Notes under the pieces: generated by a model
The model's input: the letters and a program-made list of their open reading frames with translations, nothing else
What the model was told of the DNA's origin: nothing
Databases searched by the model: none
Part shown: positions 8,317 through 17,020 of the stretch, in pieces
Numbering within the stretch: position 1 is the first letter of the stretch
Layout: each line of letters opens with the position of its first letter
Translations under genes and position numbers: made by a program
Assembly: GCA_018825365.1 (NCBI GenBank)
Contig: JAHJEV010000003.1
Location: forward strand, 387,669 to 451,668
DNA length: 64,000 bases
Direction: 5' to 3'
Source of the DNA: Patescibacteria group bacterium
GTDB lineage: Bacteria > Patescibacteriota > WWE3 > UBA101185 > UBA10185

Positions 8317-9369
8317 ATGGTAACTACTAACGACCAAAGCGAATCCAATAAAGTGCAACGTAAAACGTATGTTGAGCATCACGGTAAGGTCGCTGAGGCA
8401 GGTGATAGATTTAAACACGTTATGGCAATAGCACTGGATCCAATATCTAAATATGAAAACGGCATTATTCGCTGCATTACTAGCCGACAAGGGAATGTAG
8501 AAATAGGCGGTTACATAGACCGAAGCGAACTTCACACAATTAAAGGCAACTCCCTTGAGCACTTTATCATTGGGGAAAGATTAAAAATGCGTAACGAAGA
8601 CGAAATCATTAAACAGGTCGGTGGGGAAGACCTGGATTTCATAGGACTTGAAGACCCAGACATTTTTATTGACGAACATACTGGTCTTACACATATATAC
8701 TTCACAATGCCCTTCTTGAGCAAAAAAGAGAATATGAGCTTGGTGAATCTTGGACATGCTGTTGGCAATGACCTAAATTCCCTTGAAATGACATTGCCTG
8801 TTCTTACAGCAGAGTATAAAACAAATGCATGCGCAAAGGAGGTTTCTATATCCCCACTCAATAGACTGGGGGTTAGAAATAACCTTATAGAGTCAAGCGC
8901 CTATGAAGAGGGTATTTGGTATTCCACAGTGAGAATTGCAATAGCAAAAGACTTAGGTAAATCATGGGAGTTTGGAGAAACTGTATTCCATCCAAACGAG
9001 CACAAGATTCCATGGATTGCCGGCCACGCTTCCCCAGGGCCACTTTTACCCAAAACATTTATTGATCTTGGCAAAGGAAGGATGCTTGGCATTATAAACG
9101 GACGCGAGGCTAACCAGATTATCGGTAAGAACATTAAATATGGAATGTTCTCAGTTGGACTTTTTGTTTATGATTATGAGAATGGAAAAATCGAATGGGT
9201 ATCACCAAAACCCCTAATCCAGGATAGCCTGGCAAAAACTATCACATTCGCCAGTCAGTTCATAGAAACAAATAAAGGCATGGGAATTCTGTATGCCCAT
9301 GTTGATGACTCTTTCGTGCGTGCTTACACTTTGTATGCAGAGGGTATCAGGTCATTACTACCATTTTAA
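8317..9369 (+). CDS. Hypothetical protein
   Basis: 350-aa ORF with no motif I can name confidently. A beta-propeller-like glycosidase is possible but unsupported. Confidence 0.45.
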   Translation: MVTTNDQSESNKVQRKTYVEHHGKVAEAGDRFKHVMAIALDPISKYENGIIRCITSRQGNVEIGGYIDRSELHTIKGNSLEHFIIGERLKMRNEDEIIKQVGGEDLDFIGLEDPDIFIDEHTGLTHIYFTMPFLSKKENMSLVNLGHAVGNDLNSLEMTLPVLTAEYKTNACAKEVSISPLNRLGVRNNLIESSAYEEGIWYSTVRIAIAKDLGKSWEFGETVFHPNEHKIPWIAGHASPGPLLPKTFIDLGKGRMLGIINGREANQIIGKNIKYGMFSVGLFVYDYENGKIEWVSPKPLIQDSLAKTITFASQFIETNKGMGILYAHVDDSFVRAYTLYAEGIRSLLPF

Positions 9370-9440
9370 TACTCAAATAAGTGTTTAAGTTAACCCTAGC
9401 CAAAGAAAACTACATCTAGTTAACAGATAGACAAAAACTA

Positions 9441-9597
9441 GCGTCATTGATACTTAAAGACAATAAATAACAACTAACATTGCATAATATATCCTAGAGA
9501 ATAAAATGAGACACTGAAACTACCCTTTTATACTGTCTCGCTTGTCTCATTTACATCCTGGAGAATAAGAAGGTTCTAAACCCGTATGCTCGGCCAA
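9441..9597 (+). repeat. Long island repeat copy 2 (~157 bp), ending in short-repeat copy f (9572..9597)
   Basis: ~90% identical to 4379..4537, with the same hairpin and promoter-like element. Lies upstream of ORF 9640. Confidence 0.7.
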
Positions 9598-9639
9598 TTA
9601 AAAATTAAGAAATGTAATTTTTTGTTGTATTATTAGAAT

Positions 9640-10134
9640 ATGAAAGTTCCTAAAGTATTGAAGTTCTCTGGATTATTTATCATTTTATTTTTGGTCATTT
9701 TTTATGCTTCCACTCTTGTCGCTTACCGATATGGTGCAAAATGTCATTGCTATGGATTCAAAACCAACGGCTTGTGTTTGGGTATAAATACGGTATGTAC
9801 AGGGTTGGGACCAGCTTTGCATGTAAATTTTAATAACAATATGACTGAAAACTGTAATTCCCAAAAAGACGCGAATACTTTAACTATAGATTTTGCTCAA
9901 TGTAAAAATTGTGAAGAAATAATTTACGTCGGTTTTGGCTCAACAACGTATGAGATGTATAAATCTCAAGATGATAATTACTGCACAATGCAATATGGAG
10001 GGGAAATCGAAAATCCTAATTGGAAAGGTGATTTGAACACCACATGTACAGTTCCAAGAAACATTGGAATCAAAACCTTTAATATTACCAACTATGGTGT
10101 GGATTTTTCATCTCTAGCGGCATATTGTAAATAG
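9640..10134 (+). CDS. Secreted cysteine-rich protein (N-terminal signal/TM helix)
   Basis: 164 aa. Hydrophobic N-terminus followed by 13 Cys spread through a polar domain. Confidence 0.5.
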   Translation: MKVPKVLKFSGLFIILFLVIFYASTLVAYRYGAKCHCYGFKTNGLCLGINTVCTGLGPALHVNFNNNMTENCNSQKDANTLTIDFAQCKNCEEIIYVGFGSTTYEMYKSQDDNYCTMQYGGEIENPNWKGDLNTTCTVPRNIGIKTFNITNYGVDFSSLAAYCK

Positions 10135-10137
10135 CTA

Positions 10138-10163
10138 GTTCTAGACCTATATACTCAGCCAAG
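10138..10163 (+). repeat. Short island repeat copy g (GTTCTAGACCTATATACTCAGCCAAG)
   Basis: Family member beginning 3 nt after the TAG of ORF 9640..10134. Last copy seen in the window. Confidence 0.7.
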
Positions 10164-10324
10164 AAAAACGAGAGGTATATTAAACTCTAGTCCTTACTTT
10201 TGGCGTTGACAAAAAGTTTCAAAAGTTGCATATTACTTTGTGCGAATTTTTACGAATTTCTCAAACGACCATAATGTCTTATCCTCTTCAGTAATAAATT
10301 CATCTAAACTAAGAAACAATTCCT

Positions 10325-10840
10325 TTGTTAAAAATACAACCGCCTAAGTATGAGTACTGCCCATTTTGTAAGACTAAATTATTAGCTAAAGTTGACGACG
10401 ACCGTTCAAGAAAATACTGCCCTTCTTGCGGTTGGATATACTATCCTCAGGTTTTTGACTCTGTAGCAGCAATAATAATAAAAAATAATAAAATGCTGTT
10501 AGTTGAAAGGGGTCGAGAACCATATAAAAACACGTGGATGTTTCCCGGCGGGTTTGTTGAATATGGAGAACATCCTGAAGAAACATTGAGACGGGAGGTG
10601 AAAGAAGAAACAGGTTTGAAAGCGGAAAAAATTTCCTTTTTCAAAATAGTTCAATCAGTGGATGATCCCAGAGCACCGGGAAATCTCATTTTTTTCTACC
10701 AAGTCAAACCATATGAAGGATCGATAAAAACTGACGAAAAAGAAAACGTTGCTGTGAATTGGTTTTCTTTAGACCGGTTACCAAAAATTGGATGGAAATC
10801 TCACAAATATATTATAAAGGCGTTAAAAAAAGACAAATGA
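10325..10840 (+). CDS. NUDIX hydrolase with N-terminal zinc ribbon
   Basis: Nudix box GGFVEYGEHPEETLRREVKEETG. N-terminal CPFC...CPSC ribbon. Confidence 0.8.
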   Translation: MLKIQPPKYEYCPFCKTKLLAKVDDDRSRKYCPSCGWIYYPQVFDSVAAIIIKNNKMLLVERGREPYKNTWMFPGGFVEYGEHPEETLRREVKEETGLKAEKISFFKIVQSVDDPRAPGNLIFFYQVKPYEGSIKTDEKENVAVNWFSLDRLPKIGWKSHKYIIKALKKDK

Positions 10841-12261
10841 AAAGGACAACCATGTTAAAAAAATATGATTGTATTATAGTGGGCGCAGGACCAGCAGGTA
10901 TTTTTGCTGCTTTAGAATTTGCGAAACACACCAAACTTAAGATTTTGTTACTAGAAAAAGGAAATGTTCTCGAAAAGCGAATGTGCCAAACAGCTAAAAA
11001 TGGTGGGGTCTGTGTCAATTGCAAGATCTGCGATAATACCAAGGGCTGGGGTGGCGGAGGTGCCCTTTCAGATGGAAAACTAAATGTGGCTACAACTACA
11101 ATTGGAGTTAGAATGCTGGACTATATGTCAAAACCGGATTTCACCCGCTTGGTTAAGGTTGCAGATGAGCTTTGGGTAAGGTTTGGAGCTCCGGAAAATC
11201 TTTTTGGAATTGATAATACTGAGATTAGAAAGATAAAAAAACTTTGTACTAAAGCAAAACTAGATTTTAAGGTTAGCCCGATAAGACATATAGGAACGGG
11301 CAGGAGTTTTGACGTTCTTAACAATATGTATGAGGCGTTAAAATCAAAAATAGAAATTAAGTTTAATTCAGAGGTTGAAGAGATACTTGTTGATGATAAT
11401 AAAACAGTAGGGGTAAAACTAAAAAACTCCAAAAAATATTTTGCTGATAATGTTATTGTTGCTCCAGGAAGAGAAGGCAGCACGTGGTTTGCAGATGAGT
11501 GCAAAAGACTTGAACTAGATAAAGTGGTACACCCAGTTGAATTGGGTGTCAGAGTAGAAGTTCCTTCTGAAGTAATGAAAAGACTTACCGATGTTTTGTA
11601 TGAAGCAAAAATCTCATATGAGGGAAAAACATTTAATGACTTTGTTAGAACATTTTGTATGTGTCCAAACGGTTTCGTGGCACGAGAGCGGGTTAATGTT
11701 GGTGGCTCCAGTATTATTAGCGCAAACGGGCACAGTTTCAGTGACCGAAAATCAGAAAACACAAACTTTGCAATTTTAGTAAGAAGTAATTTTACCGCCC
11801 CATTCAAAGAGCCTAACCTTTACGGGACTTATGTTACCGGGCTATCCAATTTAATTTCCAGCGGTGTCTTGGTTCAAAGGTTAGGTGACCTTTTGGCCGG
11901 AAGAAGATCTACCCCAGAAAGAATAAAGAAAGGTCTAGTTAAACCTACACTAACCGATGCCGATCCTGGAGATTTGGCCTTTGCTCTCCCCTACAGGCAC
12001 TTAGTGAATATCATGGAAATGCTAAGGGCGTTGGATAAAGTTACACCTGGGGTATTTTCTTTTGATACTCTACTTTATGGAACTGAAGTTAAATTCTTCT
12101 CTTCTGGACCTGTGTTCAAGAAATTTTTAGAAACACAAATAAATAACTTGTATGCTTGCGGTGATGGAGTGGGTGTCAGTTCTAATCTTGTACATGCCTC
12201 TGTTTCGGGATTGTTAGTTGCAGAATATATAGTTAATAAAATTAAAGAGAAAGGAAAATAA
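10837..12261 (+). CDS. FAD-dependent oxidoreductase (COG2509-like)
   Basis: IIVGAGPAGIFAA dinucleotide-binding motif. Start ATG overlaps the NUDIX stop (ATGA). Confidence 0.75.
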   Translation: MKRTTMLKKYDCIIVGAGPAGIFAALEFAKHTKLKILLLEKGNVLEKRMCQTAKNGGVCVNCKICDNTKGWGGGGALSDGKLNVATTTIGVRMLDYMSKPDFTRLVKVADELWVRFGAPENLFGIDNTEIRKIKKLCTKAKLDFKVSPIRHIGTGRSFDVLNNMYEALKSKIEIKFNSEVEEILVDDNKTVGVKLKNSKKYFADNVIVAPGREGSTWFADECKRLELDKVVHPVELGVRVEVPSEVMKRLTDVLYEAKISYEGKTFNDFVRTFCMCPNGFVARERVNVGGSSIISANGHSFSDRKSENTNFAILVRSNFTAPFKEPNLYGTYVTGLSNLISSGVLVQRLGDLLAGRRSTPERIKKGLVKPTLTDADPGDLAFALPYRHLVNIMEMLRALDKVTPGVFSFDTLLYGTEVKFFSSGPVFKKFLETQINNLYACGDGVGVSSNLVHASVSGLLVAEYIVNKIKEKGK

Positions 12262-12263
12262 CT

Positions 12264-13547
12264 ATGCCAGGAGTAGTTGTCTTAGGATCTCAATGGGGAG
12301 ATGAGGGTAAGGGAAGGCTTGTTGATTATTTGGCCAAAAAGGCTAGTTACGTTTGCAGGTTTAGCGGAGGAAATAATGCCGGTCACACAGTTGTGTACAA
12401 AGGAAAACAGTATCTTTTTACTATTCTTCCTTCAGGAGTTTTGTCAGAAAAAAAACTTGTCATAGCTGCCGGTGTATGCTTTGATCCGGAGGTTCTCATT
12501 TCAGAAATTGATATGGTAGAAAAGGCGGGAATAAAGGTAAAACTACTCATTGATCCGAGGGCTCATATTGTTATGCCCTATCACAGACAGCGTGATACGG
12601 CCAACGAGGCAAGAAGAGGTAAAACCGCAGTTGGTAGTGTGGGTTTTGGTGTTGGATATTGTTTTGTAGATAGAGCAAGAAGAGAAAATTTACGATTTGA
12701 GGACATCATTATACCAACTCTTGCCAAAAAGAAATTAGATTATTTTTTCCCCTCTAAAAAAGAGACGCTAGAAAAGATCTATGGTGTTACACCCTTACCT
12801 AAAGAAGAAATTTTAAAGAGGATTTTAAAATTTGGTAAAAAACTTAGACCTTACTTATGTGATGTTTCTTTAGAATTAGGTAAGGCGCTGGAAAAAGGCG
12901 AAACAGTATTATTTGAGGGAAGCCAGGGCGTTATGTTAGATGTTAATTTTGGAACGTACCCTTACGCTACAGGGTCCCATATTATTTCGGGCTATGTTTT
13001 TACTTCTGTTGGGTTACCGCCACAAAACCTAAAGGTCATTGGCGTTGTAAAATCCTTTAGCTCTAGAGCAGATACGGGTGCAGGTCCTCTACCAACAGAA
13101 ATATCAACGGCACGGGGGGCAGGAAAACATATTTTATATAAAGGTCATGAGTTTGAGGAGTTCCTAAATATTCCGGTAAGACCAAGAAGAATAGGCTGGC
13201 TGGATTTGCCAATGTTAAGGTATGCTCATCAATTGAATAAGTTTTCGGAGTTAGCTCTTACTCATGCTGATACTATGATGGGACTAAAGGAAATACTTGT
13301 CTGCACCCACTACGAAATAAAAAAGAAAAAGTATCTGTATCCACAGTTTCCGGGAATAACGGAAAATGTAAAACCGATATACAAAAGGTTTCCTGGTTGG
13401 CAATTTGAGGTTAGTAAAATTAAGAGGTATTCCGATTTGCCCGGGGAACTAAAATCCTACATTGAATTTATTGAAAAGGAGACCGACACCCCAATAAGAT
13501 ATATTTCCTTGGGTGCAGAACGGGAATCTCTAATCGAGAAAAGGTAA
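12264..13547 (+). CDS. purA: Adenylosuccinate synthetase
   Basis: N-terminal VVLGSQWGDEGKGRLVDYL...GGNNAGHTVV, diagnostic of AdSS. Confidence 0.9.
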   Translation: MPGVVVLGSQWGDEGKGRLVDYLAKKASYVCRFSGGNNAGHTVVYKGKQYLFTILPSGVLSEKKLVIAAGVCFDPEVLISEIDMVEKAGIKVKLLIDPRAHIVMPYHRQRDTANEARRGKTAVGSVGFGVGYCFVDRARRENLRFEDIIIPTLAKKKLDYFFPSKKETLEKIYGVTPLPKEEILKRILKFGKKLRPYLCDVSLELGKALEKGETVLFEGSQGVMLDVNFGTYPYATGSHIISGYVFTSVGLPPQNLKVIGVVKSFSSRADTGAGPLPTEISTARGAGKHILYKGHEFEEFLNIPVRPRRIGWLDLPMLRYAHQLNKFSELALTHADTMMGLKEILVCTHYEIKKKKYLYPQFPGITENVKPIYKRFPGWQFEVSKIKRYSDLPGELKSYIEFIEKETDTPIRYISLGAERESLIEKR

Positions 13548-13679
13548 TCAACAATAAATCTCAACTTCGGAGACATTCGTTATAGGACACCTGTGTTCCA
13601 GTCTTTTATTTTCATCCTGGAAAAGGAACCCCATATATAAATTCTAGCATTTGATATACTACAAACGTTAACAGCTGCT

Positions 13680-14651
13680 ATGTCAAATTTTTGGAAAAAA
13701 TTATCAAAACCATTTACCGCATTGGCCCCAATGGATGGGGTTACGGATTTTGTATTCAGAGAAATAGTTTGCGAAATTGCAAAGCCTGATGTTTTGTTTA
13801 CCGAATTTACCCCAACGGATGCGATTGTTTCAAAAGGCTACAACAGAGTTATCGGAAATCTTAAATACTCAGAAAAACAGCGTCTGATAGTTGCCCAGAT
13901 ATGGGGAATTCATCCTGAAAATTTTTATAAAACTGCAAAACTTTGCAAAAACTTAAAATTTGATGGAATAGACATAAACATGGGCTGCCCGGACAAGAAT
14001 GTTGTAAAAATTGGATCCGGAGCGGCGTTAATAAATAATAAAAAACTGGCGGAGGAAATTATTAAAGCTACTAAAAAGGGGGCAGGAAACATTCCGGTAA
14101 GTGTAAAAACAAGAATAGGGTTCGCCGAAGTAGTCACTGAGAATTGGATTTCTTTTTTACTTAAACAAGATATAGACGCAATATCAATTCACGGAAGAAC
14201 AGCAAAAGAAATGTCAAAAGGCCGGGCTGACTGGGATGAAATTGCTAAGACCGTAAAACTAAGAGACACTCTGTCTCCAAAAACCGTGATTATAGGAAAC
14301 GGAGATGTCTTAAGTTACAAAGAAGTGTTGGAGAAATCGGAAAAATACGGGGTCGATGGAGTAATGATAGGAAGAGGAATATTCTCTAATCCTTGGATAT
14401 TTGAAAAAACACAAAATCCCCTTTCTCATTCAACTGAAGAGCATCTTAGACTTCTCACAAAACATACAAAGCTATTTTGTGATACTTACCGTAATGAGAA
14501 AGACTTCAATACCATGAAAAAGTTTTTCAAGATTTATGTAAGATCATTCAGAGGGGCAGGAAAAATAAAGAAACAGTTAATGGAATGCAAGAATCACGAA
14601 GATGTTGAAAGAGTGGTTCTACCTTATCTCAGTAACCTCACCACGCCTTAA
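13680..14651 (+). CDS. dus: tRNA-dihydrouridine synthase
   Basis: ALAPMDGVTDFVFR...CPDKNVVK...GNGDV motifs of the Dus family. Confidence 0.85.
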   Translation: MSNFWKKLSKPFTALAPMDGVTDFVFREIVCEIAKPDVLFTEFTPTDAIVSKGYNRVIGNLKYSEKQRLIVAQIWGIHPENFYKTAKLCKNLKFDGIDINMGCPDKNVVKIGSGAALINNKKLAEEIIKATKKGAGNIPVSVKTRIGFAEVVTENWISFLLKQDIDAISIHGRTAKEMSKGRADWDEIAKTVKLRDTLSPKTVIIGNGDVLSYKEVLEKSEKYGVDGVMIGRGIFSNPWIFEKTQNPLSHSTEEHLRLLTKHTKLFCDTYRNEKDFNTMKKFFKIYVRSFRGAGKIKKQLMECKNHEDVERVVLPYLSNLTTP

Positions 14652-14813
14652 CCTGTAAATAATTATCAGGCGCCTACTAAACTTCAGAATTGGGTTTTTT
14701 AATCCAAACGGTACCGAAAATGACTGTGGAGATGATGATCTAAACGATTTATCACAGATTTATAACAAATAGAAAAATGGCTGTTGTCTTGCCTATTGTG
14801 ATATACTGGGTCA

Positions 14814-15515
14814 ATGAAAAAAACAAATATCAACATTAAAGCTATTTTTTCCAAAATTAAGACTTTCTTCGTGAGAATTAATCCTTTTAAAAAGAGTGGA
14901 AACACGTCTCTTACATCCATGAAAAATTACATCGTTAAAAACAAACTGCTTGTAGGAGGAATTGCAGCAGTAGCAGTCGCATTCCTAGGTGGCTACTACA
15001 TCAAAAGCCTTTTTATCGCTGCAACGGTAAACGGGTCTCCGATATCAAGAATGAAAATCATTAAGGAACTTGAAAAAAGAGGCGGTGCTTCAACCCTTGA
15101 AAGTATAGTTACCGAAAAACTAATAAAGCAGGAAGCTGCAAGAAGGCGTATTTCAGTAACTAATGAGGAAATCGACTCAGCAATCGCAAATATTGAAGTT
15201 AGCCTTAAAAGCCAGTCACAAGACTTAAAATCAGCACTTGCTTTACAGGGAATGACCTTAAACGATCTTAAAAATCAGATAACTTTACAAAAACTGGTCG
15301 AGAAACTACTGGCCGACAAAGTCACTGTGACGGACGAGGAAATAACGAAATACATCACCGACAATAAAATCTCGCTTCCCGAGGGAACAGATCAAGAAAA
15401 CACAAGGTCAATCATCAAACAGCAAATCACTCAGGAAAAATTGGGGCAGGAAATACAATCCCTGCTAGATGACTTGAAAAAGGCTGCGAAAATTAACATA
15501 TTTGTCAAGTACTAA
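14814..15515 (+). CDS. Membrane-anchored SurA-N-terminal-domain chaperone-like protein (no PPIase domain)
   Basis: TM helix followed by a SurA_N-like helical domain. Start may be at the internal Met at 14919. Confidence 0.5.
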   Translation: MKKTNINIKAIFSKIKTFFVRINPFKKSGNTSLTSMKNYIVKNKLLVGGIAAVAVAFLGGYYIKSLFIAATVNGSPISRMKIIKELEKRGGASTLESIVTEKLIKQEAARRRISVTNEEIDSAIANIEVSLKSQSQDLKSALALQGMTLNDLKNQITLQKLVEKLLADKVTVTDEEITKYITDNKISLPEGTDQENTRSIIKQQITQEKLGQEIQSLLDDLKKAAKINIFVKY

Positions 15516-15550
15516 TCGTAAAAGTCATCAAAATCTAATATACTTTAACT

Positions 15551-16117
15551 ATGCTGCTCAAATTCACAAGATCTATAGATGAGATGCTACCTCTTTTGAT
15601 GAATGGAAAGGAAGTCAAAAGTAAGGATCCCGTCTATTGGGTCTTCTCCAATGTTTCAAAAAAATGGGAGCACGCAACCCTCATCTGTCCGGGAGACTTT
15701 GGAGGAGAGTTTCCTAAAACATTCGGACACTACCACACCACAGACTCAATTGAAAAATACAAGGTTTTATATGGGCAGGGAATCATAATTATGCAAAAAA
15801 GAAAGTTCATAGATGATGATTGGGTACCAGACCAAATCGAAAAAGTCTATTTTGTTGAGTTTCTCTCGGGAGATGAAATAAATATACCGCCGGAATGGGG
15901 CCATTCCTGTTCAAATATAGGTGCGGAGCCTTTATTGTTACTTGACGATTGGAAGGGAGAAGAGGATTACGAACCGATTAAGAAGTTGGGCGGTCTAGCT
16001 TACTTTTTGGTAAACAAAGATGGTAAAGCGGAATTTGTTCCTAACAAGAACTACAAAGATCTTCCAAAACCGGAGTGGATAACGGCCTCTGATTTTAATA
16101 AACTATCGTGTGAGTAA
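15551..16117 (+). CDS. Cupin-type glucose-6-phosphate isomerase (cPGI)-like protein
   Basis: Matches both cPGI signature motifs: TLICPGDFGGEFPKTFGHYH...EKY (TX3PX3GXEX3TXGHXH..EXY) and PPEWGHSCSN (PPX3HX3N). Confidence 0.55.
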   Translation: MLLKFTRSIDEMLPLLMNGKEVKSKDPVYWVFSNVSKKWEHATLICPGDFGGEFPKTFGHYHTTDSIEKYKVLYGQGIIIMQKRKFIDDDWVPDQIEKVYFVEFLSGDEINIPPEWGHSCSNIGAEPLLLLDDWKGEEDYEPIKKLGGLAYFLVNKDGKAEFVPNKNYKDLPKPEWITASDFNKLSCE

Positions 16118-16165
16118 GCTTTTCCAGGATTTGATTTGTAACTTTTGGTATAATGAATAGACTTT

Positions 16166-16864
16166 ATGTCAAAAATCGAAGAAAACAAAACCTCGCTCCC
16201 CAACCACATATCCATAATAATGGACGGTAACAGAAGATGGGCCAAAAAGCGCGGTCTTCCTGGAGCTGAGGGGCATAGACAGGGTTCTATTGCTTTTGAA
16301 TCTTTAATGGATTACGCACAAAAAATAGGTTTAAAGTGTTTATCCGCTTGGGCATTCTCCACAGAAAACTGGAAAAGGTCAAAAGAAGAAATAGATTATC
16401 TATTCTCGTTAGTAAGAAAGAAGATGGAAAAGTGGAAAAAGAAATTCATTAAGGAAAAGATCCATTTCCACCATATTGGAAGAAAAGACAGGCTTCCAGA
16501 AGATATTAGAAAGGTTTTGGAGGAAACGGAGGAGGCAACAAAGGATTTTGACGGTTTCATTGTTGCATTGGCCGTTGATTACGGCGGACACGATGAACTT
16601 ACAAGAACCATTAAAAAACTTGTTGATGAAAAGATCGAAATTACACCGGAAAACATCGAAAATAATTTAGATACAGCGGGGCTTCCTAAAATTGATCTAA
16701 TAATAAGAACTGGCGGGGAAAAAAGACTGAGTGGGTATATGCCTTGGCAAAGTGAGTGTGCAGAACTTTACTTCTCAGACACATATTTCCCAGATTTTAA
16801 ACCAAAACATCTGGATGAGGCGATAAAAGACTTCAACTCTAGGGAAAGAAGATTTGGAAAATAG
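16166..16864 (+). CDS. uppS: Isoprenyl transferase / undecaprenyl-diphosphate synthase
   Basis: HISIIMDGNRRWAKKRG and ...RTGGEKRLSGY motifs. Confidence 0.9.
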   Translation: MSKIEENKTSLPNHISIIMDGNRRWAKKRGLPGAEGHRQGSIAFESLMDYAQKIGLKCLSAWAFSTENWKRSKEEIDYLFSLVRKKMEKWKKKFIKEKIHFHHIGRKDRLPEDIRKVLEETEEATKDFDGFIVALAVDYGGHDELTRTIKKLVDEKIEITPENIENNLDTAGLPKIDLIIRTGGEKRLSGYMPWQSECAELYFSDTYFPDFKPKHLDEAIKDFNSRERRFGK

Positions 16865-17020
16865 TTAAAACATCCTAAAACTCAGCTTATACGGTGCATT
16901 TTCTTCTTGGTTCTTTTTATTTTCTTATTCATTTGTCGGCTGTTTCTCTTTTTGTTTCTTGGCATATCGTAGATATTCTGCCATAAATACCAAATTAATC
17001 AAGGCTTCTTGTGATAAAAT

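Noticed and set aside
1965-10163. Classical integron interpretation of the repeat array
   Set aside because: Not asserted. No intI integrase or attI was seen in the window, and the repeats are short (~26 bp) without obvious canonical R''/R' (RYYYAAC/GTTRRRY) cores. Only the cassette-like organisation is reported, pending structural and genomic checks.
10200-10240. TTGACA ... TATTAC promoter-like sequence upstream of the NUDIX gene
   Set aside because: The spacer is 19 nt and the -10 is weak. It is plausible, but not stronger than background in AT-rich DNA, so it is not listed as a feature.
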